A stretch of DNA of 64,000 nucleotides from an uncultured Bacteroidota bacterium (GTDB lineage Bacteria; Bacteroidota; Ignavibacteria; UBA10030; UBA6906). Shown here in pieces: positions 48,862 to 58,712 of the stretch. Numbering within the stretch: the stretch's first letter is position 1; each line of letters starts with the position of its first letter. The DNA lies in contig CAVOYH010000004.1 of NCBI GenBank assembly GCA_963700635.1, positions 416,001 to 480,000 of the forward strand, in the 5' to 3' direction. The position numbers were made by a program, and so were the translations under genes. The notes under the pieces were generated by a model. That model ran no database searches and had not been told where the DNA came from. It was given only the letters and a program-made list of their open reading frames with translations.

Positions 48862-51800
48862 TTACGGTAATTTTACCTCCAGCGAAACAATCGTCCCTTT
48901 CTCCGGGCTGCTGGTCACGATGAGGGGGGCTCCCAGTCGTTCCGCCCTTCTTCGCATCGTGGTAAGCCCGTTTCCGGCGGTTGGCAGTTGAGGGTCAAAG
49001 CCCCTCCCGTTATCTGAAACCTGCAACGAGAGGTGTCCCTGCCGTTCTCCAAGCTGAATCGATACTCGCGTTGCGCCGGCGTGCCGGACGACATTGCTCA
49101 GAGCCTCCTTGTACAACAGCACAAGATCTCGGCGAAAAGTCATCGGGAGCCGCTTTGAAACGGCACGGTCATCCACCTGAAAGGTGTATTCCATTCCGGC
49201 CAGAAGTTTGGCGGCGATACCCTGCATACGATCTCTCATGTTATCTGTTGTGTCGTGCTCGGGATTGACAAACCAGACAATATCTCGCAGCGAGTCCGAC
49301 GTCGTGCGTGCGGCGCGGCTTATATCCTGCAGCTGATCGGCAACCGTCGCCGTGTCCGCGAGACGTCTGCGCACGAGATCTGCAAGGACGGCTATGCTGG
49401 CAAGATTACTTCCGATCTCGTCGTGAAGGTCTGCGGCGATGTTCAGACGCATCCGTTCGACTCTTAACAACGATGCGACACGAAGCCGGTAGGCGATGGT
49501 AATCCCGGCGATGCAGAAAAGCCCAATACCTATCCGGAACCATAACGTCTTCCAGAACGGAGGTGAGATCGTAATCCGCATGGATACGCCCGAATTATTC
49601 CAGATCCCATCGTTGTTCGCCCCGCGGATCCGGAAGACGTACTGTCCGGGCTCAATATTCGTATAACTCGCCATCCGTCGTGTTCCTGCCATCACCCACG
49701 TCTTGTCTATCCCTTCAAGGATGTACGCGTAGGTATTACGATCAGGGAGTGAGAAATCCAGAGCTGCATATTCGAAGGAGAAGAAGTTGTCCTCGTAGCT
49801 CAGCGTAAGGGCGTCGGTTGCGAAGGGTGCGAGGTGGTGCTGGAGAGGCCGGTCAAATACCCGGAACCCCGTAATGACGATGGGGGGAACATGCGGATTT
49901 GTTCTGATGTCTCCAGGACGGACACTATTAAAGCCATTCACTCCGCCGAAAAACAACGTACCATCAGGGCCCAGACATGCCGCGTTGTAGTTAAACTCAT
50001 CCGCCTGGAGGCCATCGTGTTTTGTGAAGTTCTCAAATGTCGACTTCACCGGATCAAAACAGGAGATCCCCTGGTTCGTGCTGAGCCAGAGTTTCCCCTC
50101 CGCATCTTCGAGCACGGCGTACACCACGTTGTTCGGGAGACCCTGGTGTACGGTGAAGTGAACACACTCTCCGGAAACGGGGTCCAGTTTGTTCAAACCG
50201 CCCCCGAATGTCCCCACCCAGAAGGTGCCGCTTGTGCTGGGAAGAATCGCCTGAACATAGTTGCTGCTCAGACTGCGCGGGTTAGCCGGATGTTTCCGAA
50301 AACTGGTAAAGGATTCGGTGGCAGCATCATAGCGGCCGATCCCTCCGCGTGCCGTTCCGACCCAGAGGGTGCCGGATTGATCGACCGCAAGAGAACGGAT
50401 GTCATCGTCGGGCAGACTCGAAGGATCTTTGCTGTCGTGGGTGAAAACCTTCAAGATGGAACCGGAAGGGTTGATCATGGCTAACCCGACAATCCAGGTT
50501 CCTACCCAGATGTTCCCATTCCGGTCCTGCTCGATCGCACTGATGTATGCATTCAGCCGTCTCGATGGATTGTCCGGGTCCATCCGGTATCGATGGAACC
50601 GTTCGGTACGGCGGTCAAGTCGTGCCAGCCCTCCGCCGTATGTGCCGACCCAGACAGATCCCTGTGCGTCCGTCATCAGGGCCGACACATAGTCGTGGGG
50701 CAGACTGGCCGGATTTGAAGGGTCGTGGCGGTAGTGGAGGAATGTTCCCGTGCGGGGGTCAAACCGGTTAAGACCACCGTCTTCCGTGCCGATCCACACG
50801 AATCCGGCTGAATCCATGCACATGGCAAAGACCCTTCTTCCGCTCAGAGAGTGAGGCTTTCCTCCGTCAGGAGTGTACAATCCGAACTTCTGGATGTACG
50901 GAGAAGAGACGCATAAGCCATTGGCTGTGCCGAACCACATCACTTCGGCGGCATCTTCGAACAACGCGGTAACAACATCATCGCTGAGCGAAGTTTTCGG
51001 AAAAGGAGAATAGCTGAACCTGGTAAAACTCCGGGATTGCCGGTCAAAGAGGGCAGCACCGTCCCCCACCGTCCCTATCCACAATCTGCCCTTACGATCT
51101 TGATACAGTGACCGGATGATGTCACCCGGGATTGACCGCGTGTCATCCGGGGAGGTTCGAAAATGTTCGAACTTCCGGTGGGAACAGTTTAGCCGATTGA
51201 GTCCCCCCCCCCACGTGCCTACCCACAAGTCTCCGTTATCATCCTCGCAGAGTGAGAGGATCCTGTCATCAGAGATCGATGTGGCGTCCCGGAGATTATG
51301 CCGGAATTCACTTACGGATCCGCTGCGGGGATCGTATGTGAGGAGACCTGTGAAATATGACCCAATCCAGATGATCCCGCTCCTGTCTATCAGCATGCAG
51401 AAGAGATCGTCCCGAGGAGCCGTGGGAAGGGAAGCAAATACGTTGGGCATCCGGGTGAAGGTTCGGGACGCGCGGTCAAGCCGGTTTAGCCCTCCTCCCG
51501 CAGTGCAAATCCAGAGAAATCCGAGGGAATCTTCCGAGATCGCTGTCACGCGGTCATGACTGATCGAAGTGGAGTCCGACGGATCGGTCTGGTACCGGGT
51601 GAATGTGTGATGAACAGGATCATGACAGGTTAGACCACCCCCCCATGTCCCGATCCAGATAAGCCCGTCCCGGTCTTCGTGTAATGCCCAGATGTAACTG
51701 GAGGAGAGCGAATTGGAGTCGATGGGATCGTGCCGGTACGTTACAAAGTTATGACCGTCATACCGATTCAACCCGTCTTCCGTTCCGAACCACATGAACC

Positions 51801-51966
51801 CTCTGTTGTCCTGGATCACACAGAGGACCACGCTTTGTGAAAGTCCTTCGTCGGTTGAGATCCGGTGGAAGAGTAACTCGGAAGGTCGGACTTGTCCGCG
51901 GGCCGTCAAACACGCGCCCAAGAGTGCCGCGACGGGGAGAACTCTGGCGAGGCACGTCAAATACAT
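48862..51966 (-). CDS. Sensor histidine kinase with periplasmic beta-propeller repeats, Y_Y_Y domain and HisKA_3 (start may be 52026)
   Basis: Repeated D..G.xWIGT.GGL units, YTNIEPGQYVFRIRG, PPFW, TM segment, IAADLHDEIGS, EALSN..RHA, DNGRGF, GNGL. Confidence 0.92.
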   Translation of the reverse strand: MYLTCLARVLPVAALLGACLTARGQVRPSELLFHRISTDEGLSQSVVLCVIQDNRGFMWFGTEDGLNRYDGHNFVTYRHDPIDSNSLSSSYIWALHEDRDGLIWIGTWGGGLTCHDPVHHTFTRYQTDPSDSTSISHDRVTAISEDSLGFLWICTAGGGLNRLDRASRTFTRMPNVFASLPTAPRDDLFCMLIDRSGIIWIGSYFTGLLTYDPRSGSVSEFRHNLRDATSISDDRILSLCEDDNGDLWVGTWGGGLNRLNCSHRKFEHFRTSPDDTRSIPGDIIRSLYQDRKGRLWIGTVGDGAALFDRQSRSFTRFSYSPFPKTSLSDDVVTALFEDAAEVMWFGTANGLCVSSPYIQKFGLYTPDGGKPHSLSGRRVFAMCMDSAGFVWIGTEDGGLNRFDPRTGTFLHYRHDPSNPASLPHDYVSALMTDAQGSVWVGTYGGGLARLDRRTERFHRYRMDPDNPSRRLNAYISAIEQDRNGNIWVGTWIVGLAMINPSGSILKVFTHDSKDPSSLPDDDIRSLAVDQSGTLWVGTARGGIGRYDAATESFTSFRKHPANPRSLSSNYVQAILPSTSGTFWVGTFGGGLNKLDPVSGECVHFTVHQGLPNNVVYAVLEDAEGKLWLSTNQGISCFDPVKSTFENFTKHDGLQADEFNYNAACLGPDGTLFFGGVNGFNSVRPGDIRTNPHVPPIVITGFRVFDRPLQHHLAPFATDALTLSYEDNFFSFEYAALDFSLPDRNTYAYILEGIDKTWVMAGTRRMASYTNIEPGQYVFRIRGANNDGIWNNSGVSMRITISPPFWKTLWFRIGIGLFCIAGITIAYRLRVASLLRVERMRLNIAADLHDEIGSNLASIAVLADLVRRRLADTATVADQLQDISRAARTTSDSLRDIVWFVNPEHDTTDNMRDRMQGIAAKLLAGMEYTFQVDDRAVSKRLPMTFRRDLVLLYKEALSNVVRHAGATRVSIQLGERQGHLSLQVSDNGRGFDPQLPTAGNGLTTMRRRAERLGAPLIVTSSPEKGTIVSLEVKLP

Positions 51967-52109
51967 CTCTGTTTGAGAGAGGATTCTGGACCATCGATCG
52001 GGAAAAGATCTGGGTTCAATGTCCATGGCACCTGCGTTGGTACTTACGGTGGCAGATGCCTTAAGATAGGGGAGGATGGGGGGAATGTCAACTTTTCCCC
52101 TGCGGGCTT

Positions 52110-52991
52110 TTACGCCTTTTTGAAAAGGCCTATATATCCCCATCCAGAATTCGAGAAGTACGGGATCGAATATCGACGAAGGGATGACTCCAGGAGTGCC
52201 TCCGTTCGATCCAGCAGCGTGCGGGGAAGAACACGCAGACGACGCGCGAGTCTGAACTCAAAGCCGAAAGTCATTCCATCAACCCGTTCTAGTCCGTAAC
52301 GGCCGAGGAGTCGTTCGTACGCGGCGATGTCGTACGATTTGTTTGAATACTGACGGTTCTTGAGCATCCAATCCGACCGCGCCGCATATCCGAGTTTCTT
52401 GACTGTAACATCTTCCTCTCTCCTCCGGGAGAAGAGAGAAAGCAACTTCTTACGAAGATGGAAATCAAGGTCTGAGAGGGAGTAGAGATTGGTCACATTG
52501 ATAAGGACATACCCCCCGGGTTTGAGCACCCTCAAGATCTCGGCGAGAGCCTTCTCATCCGCCAGGAGATATCCGAGTACACCGATGCAGAGAACGAGAT
52601 CAAATTGTTTGTCTCCGGCGGGAAGATTTTCAATGTCCCCCAGAAGAAGGTCGACAGTAGGGGTGGATGGCCCCAGGGAGGCAAACCGCCTACTACAGGA
52701 GGCCAGCATTTCCGGAGAGAGGTCTACCCCCGTAGCCCTGTATCCCATCGTGACAAGTTCCTCGAGATATGCGCCGGCTCCGCACCCGATATCGAGTGCG
52801 GTCTGATGAGCCGATTGTGGGACCCCGTGAAGCATGTTGACGGCATACTTTTTCCTGCGCTGGATCAGCCGGGAGAAGTATTCGTCCTTCTTTTCGTAGA
52901 ACTCTCCCTGCCAGGAGGTACTCTCATCGAAAAAGGAACGAACACGCTCCTTCTGGACGGATTCCGTGACGGCGGCAGTGTCTTCACGCAT
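52110..52991 (-). CDS. Class I SAM-dependent methyltransferase
   Basis: ALDIGCGAG, GVDLSPEML, GDIENLP, RVLKPGG. Confidence 0.9.
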   Translation of the reverse strand: MREDTAAVTESVQKERVRSFFDESTSWQGEFYEKKDEYFSRLIQRRKKYAVNMLHGVPQSAHQTALDIGCGAGAYLEELVTMGYRATGVDLSPEMLASCSRRFASLGPSTPTVDLLLGDIENLPAGDKQFDLVLCIGVLGYLLADEKALAEILRVLKPGGYVLINVTNLYSLSDLDFHLRKKLLSLFSRRREEDVTVKKLGYAARSDWMLKNRQYSNKSYDIAAYERLLGRYGLERVDGMTFGFEFRLARRLRVLPRTLLDRTEALLESSLRRYSIPYFSNSGWGYIGLFKKA

Positions 52992-54192
52992 GGGGGGCAG
53001 CTCCCTTTCTGATTCCGTTTGCGGTATGTCGTTTGGCGAGAAACCACGAATCCATCAGAAAGGGGACAGGGTCGCGCATGGAGTGTACGTGATACACTTT
53101 CTTCCCCATGTATGACCGTAACCAGGTGCCGATCGTCCACTCGCCGGTCTTCCGGTAGTCCATGAAGGCTTTTACATCTTTGTTAAGATCGATCCACTTG
53201 ACGCCGTGTTGGAGATCTGGTTTCAGAGGGGATTCGGCGCCGATCAAATCGTAATAGGCCAGGGCGGTAATATTGAGTCCGCTACCGGTGGCAAGGTATG
53301 CCCACAGACTGTTTCGCGTGTGCATTTCCATGATCTTTAGTGCGCGTGTTTTCCGGTCGCGCTTAAATTGAATGTTTACGTGTCCGCGCAGCCCCAGACG
53401 CTGTGCGGCCTTTAAGGCGGTATCCGACATCTCGTCATCCCGTACTGTTTCCACGATGGAACCGACGCCTGCGTGAACGGGATAGATCCGGAGCTTGTGT
53501 CCGATAAAATGGGCAAGGGGTTGTTCATGCGCGTTAAAATACAGATTCACGCTGTACAGGTCCAGGTCATCCCCATCAATGTACTCCTGCATAACGACCG
53601 CAGGGTTTATCTGGACAACCTTCCTGAACATGGTGAGGAGTGATTCCCGGTCTTCGCAAAGGATCGCTTTTCGGTATGGCCCGACGAGTTCCAGAAACCG
53701 TGGATGCCACCAGTCGTCCTTGTGCGATGGCTTCAGAATGCAGGGGAATGCCAGCTGGCTGGAATAGTGATCAGCCTCTTCCACCGAGGCGGGCATGAAG
53801 GATTTTGGGACCGGCAGGGAGAGTCGTTCCGCCAACCTGGCAAATGCCCGTTTATCCAGGATCGAGTGTACAAGATCATGATCGGGCAGGTTAAAGTAAT
53901 AGTATGGCGCAAGTTCGTCCCTGAACTGCGAGAATGTCAGGACAGCCCTGTCGTCGTCGCTGAAGAAGGCCATTTTTCGCCCCTCTTCTTTTCCGAGGGC
54001 GATGAGCCGATCGACAAAATCCCTGGAAAGAGAGTGTGAAAAATGGACCCTGCGGGTGCAGTATCGGGAATAGTATGCGATGTTGTCATCATAATATGAT
54101 CCGACATAGACCGGAATGCCCACCTCGCCGAGACTGCGAACGAGTCCGATTTCGCCGCACACAAGTGCGGGTACGGGGGATCGGGTGGTCAT
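52984..54192 (-). CDS. ATP-grasp carboxylate-amine ligase (D-aspartate ligase-like)
   Basis: VRSLG, SRY, ILDKRAF, FPCILKP, MQEYIDGDD, QFKRD, LKIMEMHTR, DPVPF. Confidence 0.82.
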   Translation of the reverse strand: MTTRSPVPALVCGEIGLVRSLGEVGIPVYVGSYYDDNIAYYSRYCTRRVHFSHSLSRDFVDRLIALGKEEGRKMAFFSDDDRAVLTFSQFRDELAPYYYFNLPDHDLVHSILDKRAFARLAERLSLPVPKSFMPASVEEADHYSSQLAFPCILKPSHKDDWWHPRFLELVGPYRKAILCEDRESLLTMFRKVVQINPAVVMQEYIDGDDLDLYSVNLYFNAHEQPLAHFIGHKLRIYPVHAGVGSIVETVRDDEMSDTALKAAQRLGLRGHVNIQFKRDRKTRALKIMEMHTRNSLWAYLATGSGLNITALAYYDLIGAESPLKPDLQHGVKWIDLNKDVKAFMDYRKTGEWTIGTWLRSYMGKKVYHVHSMRDPVPFLMDSWFLAKRHTANGIRKGAAPHA

Positions 54193-55364
54193 GGGTTGTT
54201 TTCCTTTCTTCGAGAATGTGCTGCGGCAGCGAGGAGTTCCATCACCGTAGAGACATGATGAGAGAGATCGTAGTGTTCTTCAATACGCTTCCTGCCCCTG
54301 GCCCCCATTTCGAGGCACCGCGGGGGGCTGGATCGCAGTGTGCGGAGTCTGTCGCGGAGGAGGTCCAGGTCATCAGGCCGGACCAGAAACCCGGTCTCGC
54401 CGTCGACGACGATATCGCTGATTCCGCCGACATCGGATATGATGACCGGGAGGCCCATCGCCATTGCCTCCAGCGCCACGATGGAATAAGTATCCGCTCT
54501 TGTCGGGAGCACAAATGCGTCCGCTTCGGCGTAGAGGGCCACGAGTCGGGAACTGTTCGGTTCAAGGTCTGAATGCACAACAATGTTCGGTCCCGATTTG
54601 CCAACAGGCGAAGATGTCACAAAATGGAATTCACAATCGCGGAATTCCGGTTCCTGTGCAAGGCGGAGGAGGAGGTCGCCTCCCTTCCTCTCAAAGTTCC
54701 AGCCGACGTGGAGTACTCTGAATGGCTTCTGCACCCCGCGCGCGTAGGAGGCAATGCGGTCCGGGGGGTTCCACTTGTTCAGATCAATTCCCGGAGGCAG
54801 GACTGTGATCCGCTCCGGCGGGATGCCATATTCATTCACGAACGAATCGCGGACGGCCGTAGACCACGGGAGGAGATGGTACGCACTGGCGTAGACACTC
54901 CGGGTTATCCGGTGCTTGAGCTTTGATATGTGGGACTCTGGGTCAAATTCCGGAACTGCGTACCAGAGTTTGTGTTTTGCGCAGAACAGAGGTGTTATAT
55001 CGGTCGAGAGCAGATAAGGAACCCGCCGCCGGAAGCCCCAGAGAAAGGTAAGGAGACTGTGCTCGAGGAAATACGCAGCATCCAGAGCGCCGTGCTGCCG
55101 TACAAGGGGACGCATTCTCAACCAGGTGGCCATGGAGTTTTTCCATGACCCGTTCAACGAAATGGGGGGAATTTTTGTGATCCAGTCGTCAGGATACATC
55201 TCGATGGGCAGCCAGGATACAGTCACATCATTCCGTGTCTCGAGGGAACGTTTCAGGTTACTGTAAACGGTCTGGATTCCTCCCACCATCCAGATGGCAA
55301 AAAGAAAATGATTGCGGAGCGCCGTCTGGGTGAGAGGATGAGTCAAGTGTTGTGTCCCGTTCAT
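54189..55364 (-). CDS. Glycosyltransferase family 4
   Basis: PPGIDL, FERKGG, ADAFVLPT.ADTYSIVALEAMAMGLPVI.SDVGG. Confidence 0.92.
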   Translation of the reverse strand: MNGTQHLTHPLTQTALRNHFLFAIWMVGGIQTVYSNLKRSLETRNDVTVSWLPIEMYPDDWITKIPPISLNGSWKNSMATWLRMRPLVRQHGALDAAYFLEHSLLTFLWGFRRRVPYLLSTDITPLFCAKHKLWYAVPEFDPESHISKLKHRITRSVYASAYHLLPWSTAVRDSFVNEYGIPPERITVLPPGIDLNKWNPPDRIASYARGVQKPFRVLHVGWNFERKGGDLLLRLAQEPEFRDCEFHFVTSSPVGKSGPNIVVHSDLEPNSSRLVALYAEADAFVLPTRADTYSIVALEAMAMGLPVIISDVGGISDIVVDGETGFLVRPDDLDLLRDRLRTLRSSPPRCLEMGARGRKRIEEHYDLSHHVSTVMELLAAAAHSRRKENNP

Positions 55365-56587
55365 AATGCCGCCGCCTGTGTGATCGTGTGCCGTCGTGGA
55401 GCCGGTCGTGTTGAGAGTGATGCATACTGCGCCAGAAGCGTTTCTCCAATCTTATCCCATCCATGCTGCGCGTGGACCGCCTCTAACGCCCTTGCGGAAA
55501 GAGTGCCCCGGAGCGTGGGGTCCTCCAGGAGACGCACGACCGCGTCTGCAAATGCGTCGGGGGTGTCGGCAATGAGCAGATGTTCGTTGTGCCGGACCTC
55601 CAGACCTTCACACCCGAGGGAGGTGGAGACCGCCGGGATGCCCATTGCCATGGCCTCCAGGAGTTTTAAGCGGGTTCCCCCGCCCGCGTAGAGTGGTGCG
55701 ACGAAGACAGCAGATTCTTCGAGGAATGGCTTGACATCATCCACGAAACCAGTCACGCGAACGGATGGTGAGGCGGCACTACGGACGGCCTGGGATGGAT
55801 GCCCGCCGACAATGGTCAGATGTGCTCCCGGCACCCGCCTGTGTATGATCGGCAGGATCGCGTTGAGAAAATACTGGATCCCGGAGTCGTTTGGCTGATA
55901 ATTCAGCATACCCACAAACAGGACGGAGAGAGGTTTCCTCCTGTCCGGACGCGCTACAAACTCTGCAAGATCGACTCCGTTCGGGACCAGTGCGATCGTG
56001 GTTGAAGGAGCCATCGTTCTGAATATCGCGCGGTCCCGGTCGGAAACGGCCAGAACCATATCACAACGCTGGCAGCTGAGTGCTTCCTCCTGCTTCAATC
56101 GCCATGCAAATGCCTGAAAAAATATTCTCCGCAGGAGGCTGCCTGACTCCCGGGCTACACGGACCAGATTGTCATACTCAACATTGTGCGCATCGGCCAC
56201 AACCCTTGCAGCGGGAGGGAACCGGTACATTCTGAGGAGTGGATTCGTGATGTGAACGACATCAGGCATGGACTGTGCACACAACGCGTCGATCGCACCC
56301 TGCACACGGGCCCTGTGCCAGTGGCGTACCCATCCCCAGCCCGTGAGGATATACAGCACGACGCGCAGGACTCTCCGCCACCCGTGGTTCTGTACATCGG
56401 CGACAACGATTCTGTGTGCACGCTCGCCATAGGCTTCGCGGAACCCTGCGTCGTCATGGCCTGAACCCAGAATGAGGAGCGACACCGTGTGTTCTCTGGC
56501 GGCTTCCAGGAACAGGTGGAGATTTCTTCGTACGACGCCTGATCCCGGCGGGAAGAGGGCTGAGTGTGAAATCATGAGGATATTCAC
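55361..56587 (-). CDS. Glycosyltransferase family 4
   Basis: GTG start overlapping the upstream stop; DAHNVE, VPNGVD, GGGTRLKLLEAMAMG. Confidence 0.92.
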   Translation of the reverse strand: MNILMISHSALFPPGSGVVRRNLHLFLEAAREHTVSLLILGSGHDDAGFREAYGERAHRIVVADVQNHGWRRVLRVVLYILTGWGWVRHWHRARVQGAIDALCAQSMPDVVHITNPLLRMYRFPPAARVVADAHNVEYDNLVRVARESGSLLRRIFFQAFAWRLKQEEALSCQRCDMVLAVSDRDRAIFRTMAPSTTIALVPNGVDLAEFVARPDRRKPLSVLFVGMLNYQPNDSGIQYFLNAILPIIHRRVPGAHLTIVGGHPSQAVRSAASPSVRVTGFVDDVKPFLEESAVFVAPLYAGGGTRLKLLEAMAMGIPAVSTSLGCEGLEVRHNEHLLIADTPDAFADAVVRLLEDPTLRGTLSARALEAVHAQHGWDKIGETLLAQYASLSTRPAPRRHTITQAAAL

Positions 56588-57927
56588 TTCTGCTCCCTCG
56601 CTATCACAAGAGACTTGTCGGGTTCGCGGGCCTTCTGAATCGCATCCGACAGGATTGTGCCGCATCGTTTCACACAGTAGGATAGAAATCCCGCTGAGAA
56701 GACGCCATGTTTGCGTGCATGGTGCGCAAGGTACGACCACTCGTGAATCGAACGCCGGACCAGGGCATCGCGGAGGAGTCGCGCGCTGTGTAGCAACTGT
56801 GCCTTCCTGCCTCCCTTGCTGTACATGAGCAGAGTCCAGTTCGGAACGTTTACTGCGCCGAGCGTATACTTGTACCGTTCCGTTCCACGCATAAAATCAT
56901 ACACTTTTACGCCCAGCGTATGGCACTCGCGCATGATGTGCATCAGGAGGACATTGCCTGGTGAATACCGGTTCACTTTCGGGGTCTCGAATGCCCCCCC
57001 GAGATATGTCGAGCATTCGGAACGGTAGACCAGTCCGTAGTCTCCGACAAACCGTTTCCCCTCCATTTTCAAGAATGCGAGAAGTAACCATCCCCTTTTC
57101 ATCAAGAGGGGGGCGACGCCGCGGTGGAATTGATCGGTTATTGAATCGGCAAATACACCCTGGTGTCCCACCACATTCCAGCGAGACTGATGCATCCGGA
57201 TAAAATCATTCATGGCCGATTCGACCTGTCCGAAATCCGTTACATGTTCGAACTCGGCGCGAAATTCCTCGCTGATGACCCGCATGCGCTTCATGAGGCG
57301 GTTACGGTGTGCGCTGGGGAATGTCGCGACGGTATCTGTCCACGTCTCCCGCAATGTCGTGCGGGGACAATATTCGCTCAGAAAACGCTCACCCGAGAAT
57401 CCGGCGGCAGAGAGTGCGGTTCGTAATCGGTCATGGGTCAGGGAGCCATCATGGATGTCTTCCAGCAGGACGATGTCAAAGTCCTTTCGGCGTAGGGCCA
57501 GATGTCGTGCGACCTGCGTGCATACCAGATCTTCTTTTCCACGCTCGACGATCAGGTCAAGATAGTCGGACGTTCCTCGGCCTGTAAAAGACAGCCTCCG
57601 GTATCCGAGAGGTCCGAGAACTGCGACCCGCTCTATGTACAGGGGGGCAATCCCGATGAGGATCTCCCCCTCGCGGACCACGATCATGTGGAGTCGTGAG
57701 CGTTTGTCCGGCTCCCCAAAATGCCTCCACCACGTCCGTTGCCATTCAAAAGTCTGGAAGACACGGGATTCGCTTCTGTCCAGCAGGTCATCCCATTCCC
57801 TTTGCAGGGCATCAAATTCGGTTGAAGTGTTCAGAAGATGCACCTGGATGGGGAGGTCCATCTTCACCATGGGATCTTTTCTCAGTGTGGGGGTCGTCGT
57901 CATGGTATGTTGGAATTGTGTATTCAT
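56584..57927 (-). CDS. GNAT family acetyltransferase (CelD/BcsL-like)
   Basis: EWDDL...VFQTFEW..TWW, GIAPL, SDYLD, YSPG, YDFMRG.ERYK. Confidence 0.85.
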   Translation of the reverse strand: MNTQFQHTMTTTPTLRKDPMVKMDLPIQVHLLNTSTEFDALQREWDDLLDRSESRVFQTFEWQRTWWRHFGEPDKRSRLHMIVVREGEILIGIAPLYIERVAVLGPLGYRRLSFTGRGTSDYLDLIVERGKEDLVCTQVARHLALRRKDFDIVLLEDIHDGSLTHDRLRTALSAAGFSGERFLSEYCPRTTLRETWTDTVATFPSAHRNRLMKRMRVISEEFRAEFEHVTDFGQVESAMNDFIRMHQSRWNVVGHQGVFADSITDQFHRGVAPLLMKRGWLLLAFLKMEGKRFVGDYGLVYRSECSTYLGGAFETPKVNRYSPGNVLLMHIMRECHTLGVKVYDFMRGTERYKYTLGAVNVPNWTLLMYSKGGRKAQLLHSARLLRDALVRRSIHEWSYLAHHARKHGVFSAGFLSYCVKRCGTILSDAIQKAREPDKSLVIAREQK

Positions 57928-58712
57928 CAGAACCCTTTCCGGATTTCGAGCGGCGTGGTCTGTCCCACGATGCGGCGGGCTTTCCACCAGGCCCATAATC
58001 CCAGTTTTTCTGCACCTGACAACTTCGCCCCAAACCGGAGGCCTTGTGCGTTCGTGGTTACGTTGACTCTGCGGATTTCCCAGCGGTCACTCCCCGGATG
58101 GAAGGGCCCCCCGTTTACGGCAAATGCACAGAGATATCCGGCGCTCCGCAGGGCGTTCTTTGATCTGCCATCAATATGGCTGTACGGGTAGGAAAAAGCC
58201 CTGGATCCGGAACCGGTTATATGCTCGATGTTCGCTTTTGAGTCCATAAGCTCCGCATACAGATCTTTGTCGCTCAGGCCCGGCAGAGAACGGTGTGTAA
58301 GCGTGTGCGATCCAAACTCTATTCCGTGGCCCGCCATCTCGGCTATCTGCCCGGGCGTAAGGAGCCGGGTTTCCGGAATGCCGAGAGGGACGTCCCACCA
58401 ATTTGTCCGGCGTGAAAAATCGGCCACGAGAAATATCACCGCCGGGATCTTATACTCTCGGAGAATCGGGAATGCATGAATGTAGTTGTCTTCATAGCCG
58501 TCATCAAACGTAACTAACACCCGTTTTGCCGTCTGTCCGACTGCTCCGCCATCGTCAGAAAGGAGCTCGTCCAGAGTGACCGCACGGTACCCGTGAGCAA
58601 GGATGTATTCCATCTGCCGGCGAAAATCCGACTCGCGGACGACATACGTCGACGAAAAATCCTCCCGATCAGAACACACGCGGTGGTACACAAGCGGCTG
58701 GATACTGCTCAT
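57927..58712 (-). CDS. Polysaccharide deacetylase (CE4/NodB)
   Basis: LVYHRV, TFDDGY, GSHTLTH, FSYPY, IRRV. Confidence 0.92.
   Translation of the reverse strand: MSSIQPLVYHRVCSDREDFSSTYVVRESDFRRQMEYILAHGYRAVTLDELLSDDGGAVGQTAKRVLVTFDDGYEDNYIHAFPILREYKIPAVIFLVADFSRRTNWWDVPLGIPETRLLTPGQIAEMAGHGIEFGSHTLTHRSLPGLSDKDLYAELMDSKANIEHITGSGSRAFSYPYSHIDGRSKNALRSAGYLCAFAVNGGPFHPGSDRWEIRRVNVTTNAQGLRFGAKLSGAEKLGLWAWWKARRIVGQTTPLEIRKGF

Noticed and set aside
49950-51800. Recurring sequence similarity suggesting a repeat array or CRISPR
   Set aside because: These are degenerate protein-level beta-propeller repeats inside the sensor kinase; there are no identical DNA repeats with spacers and no cas genes.
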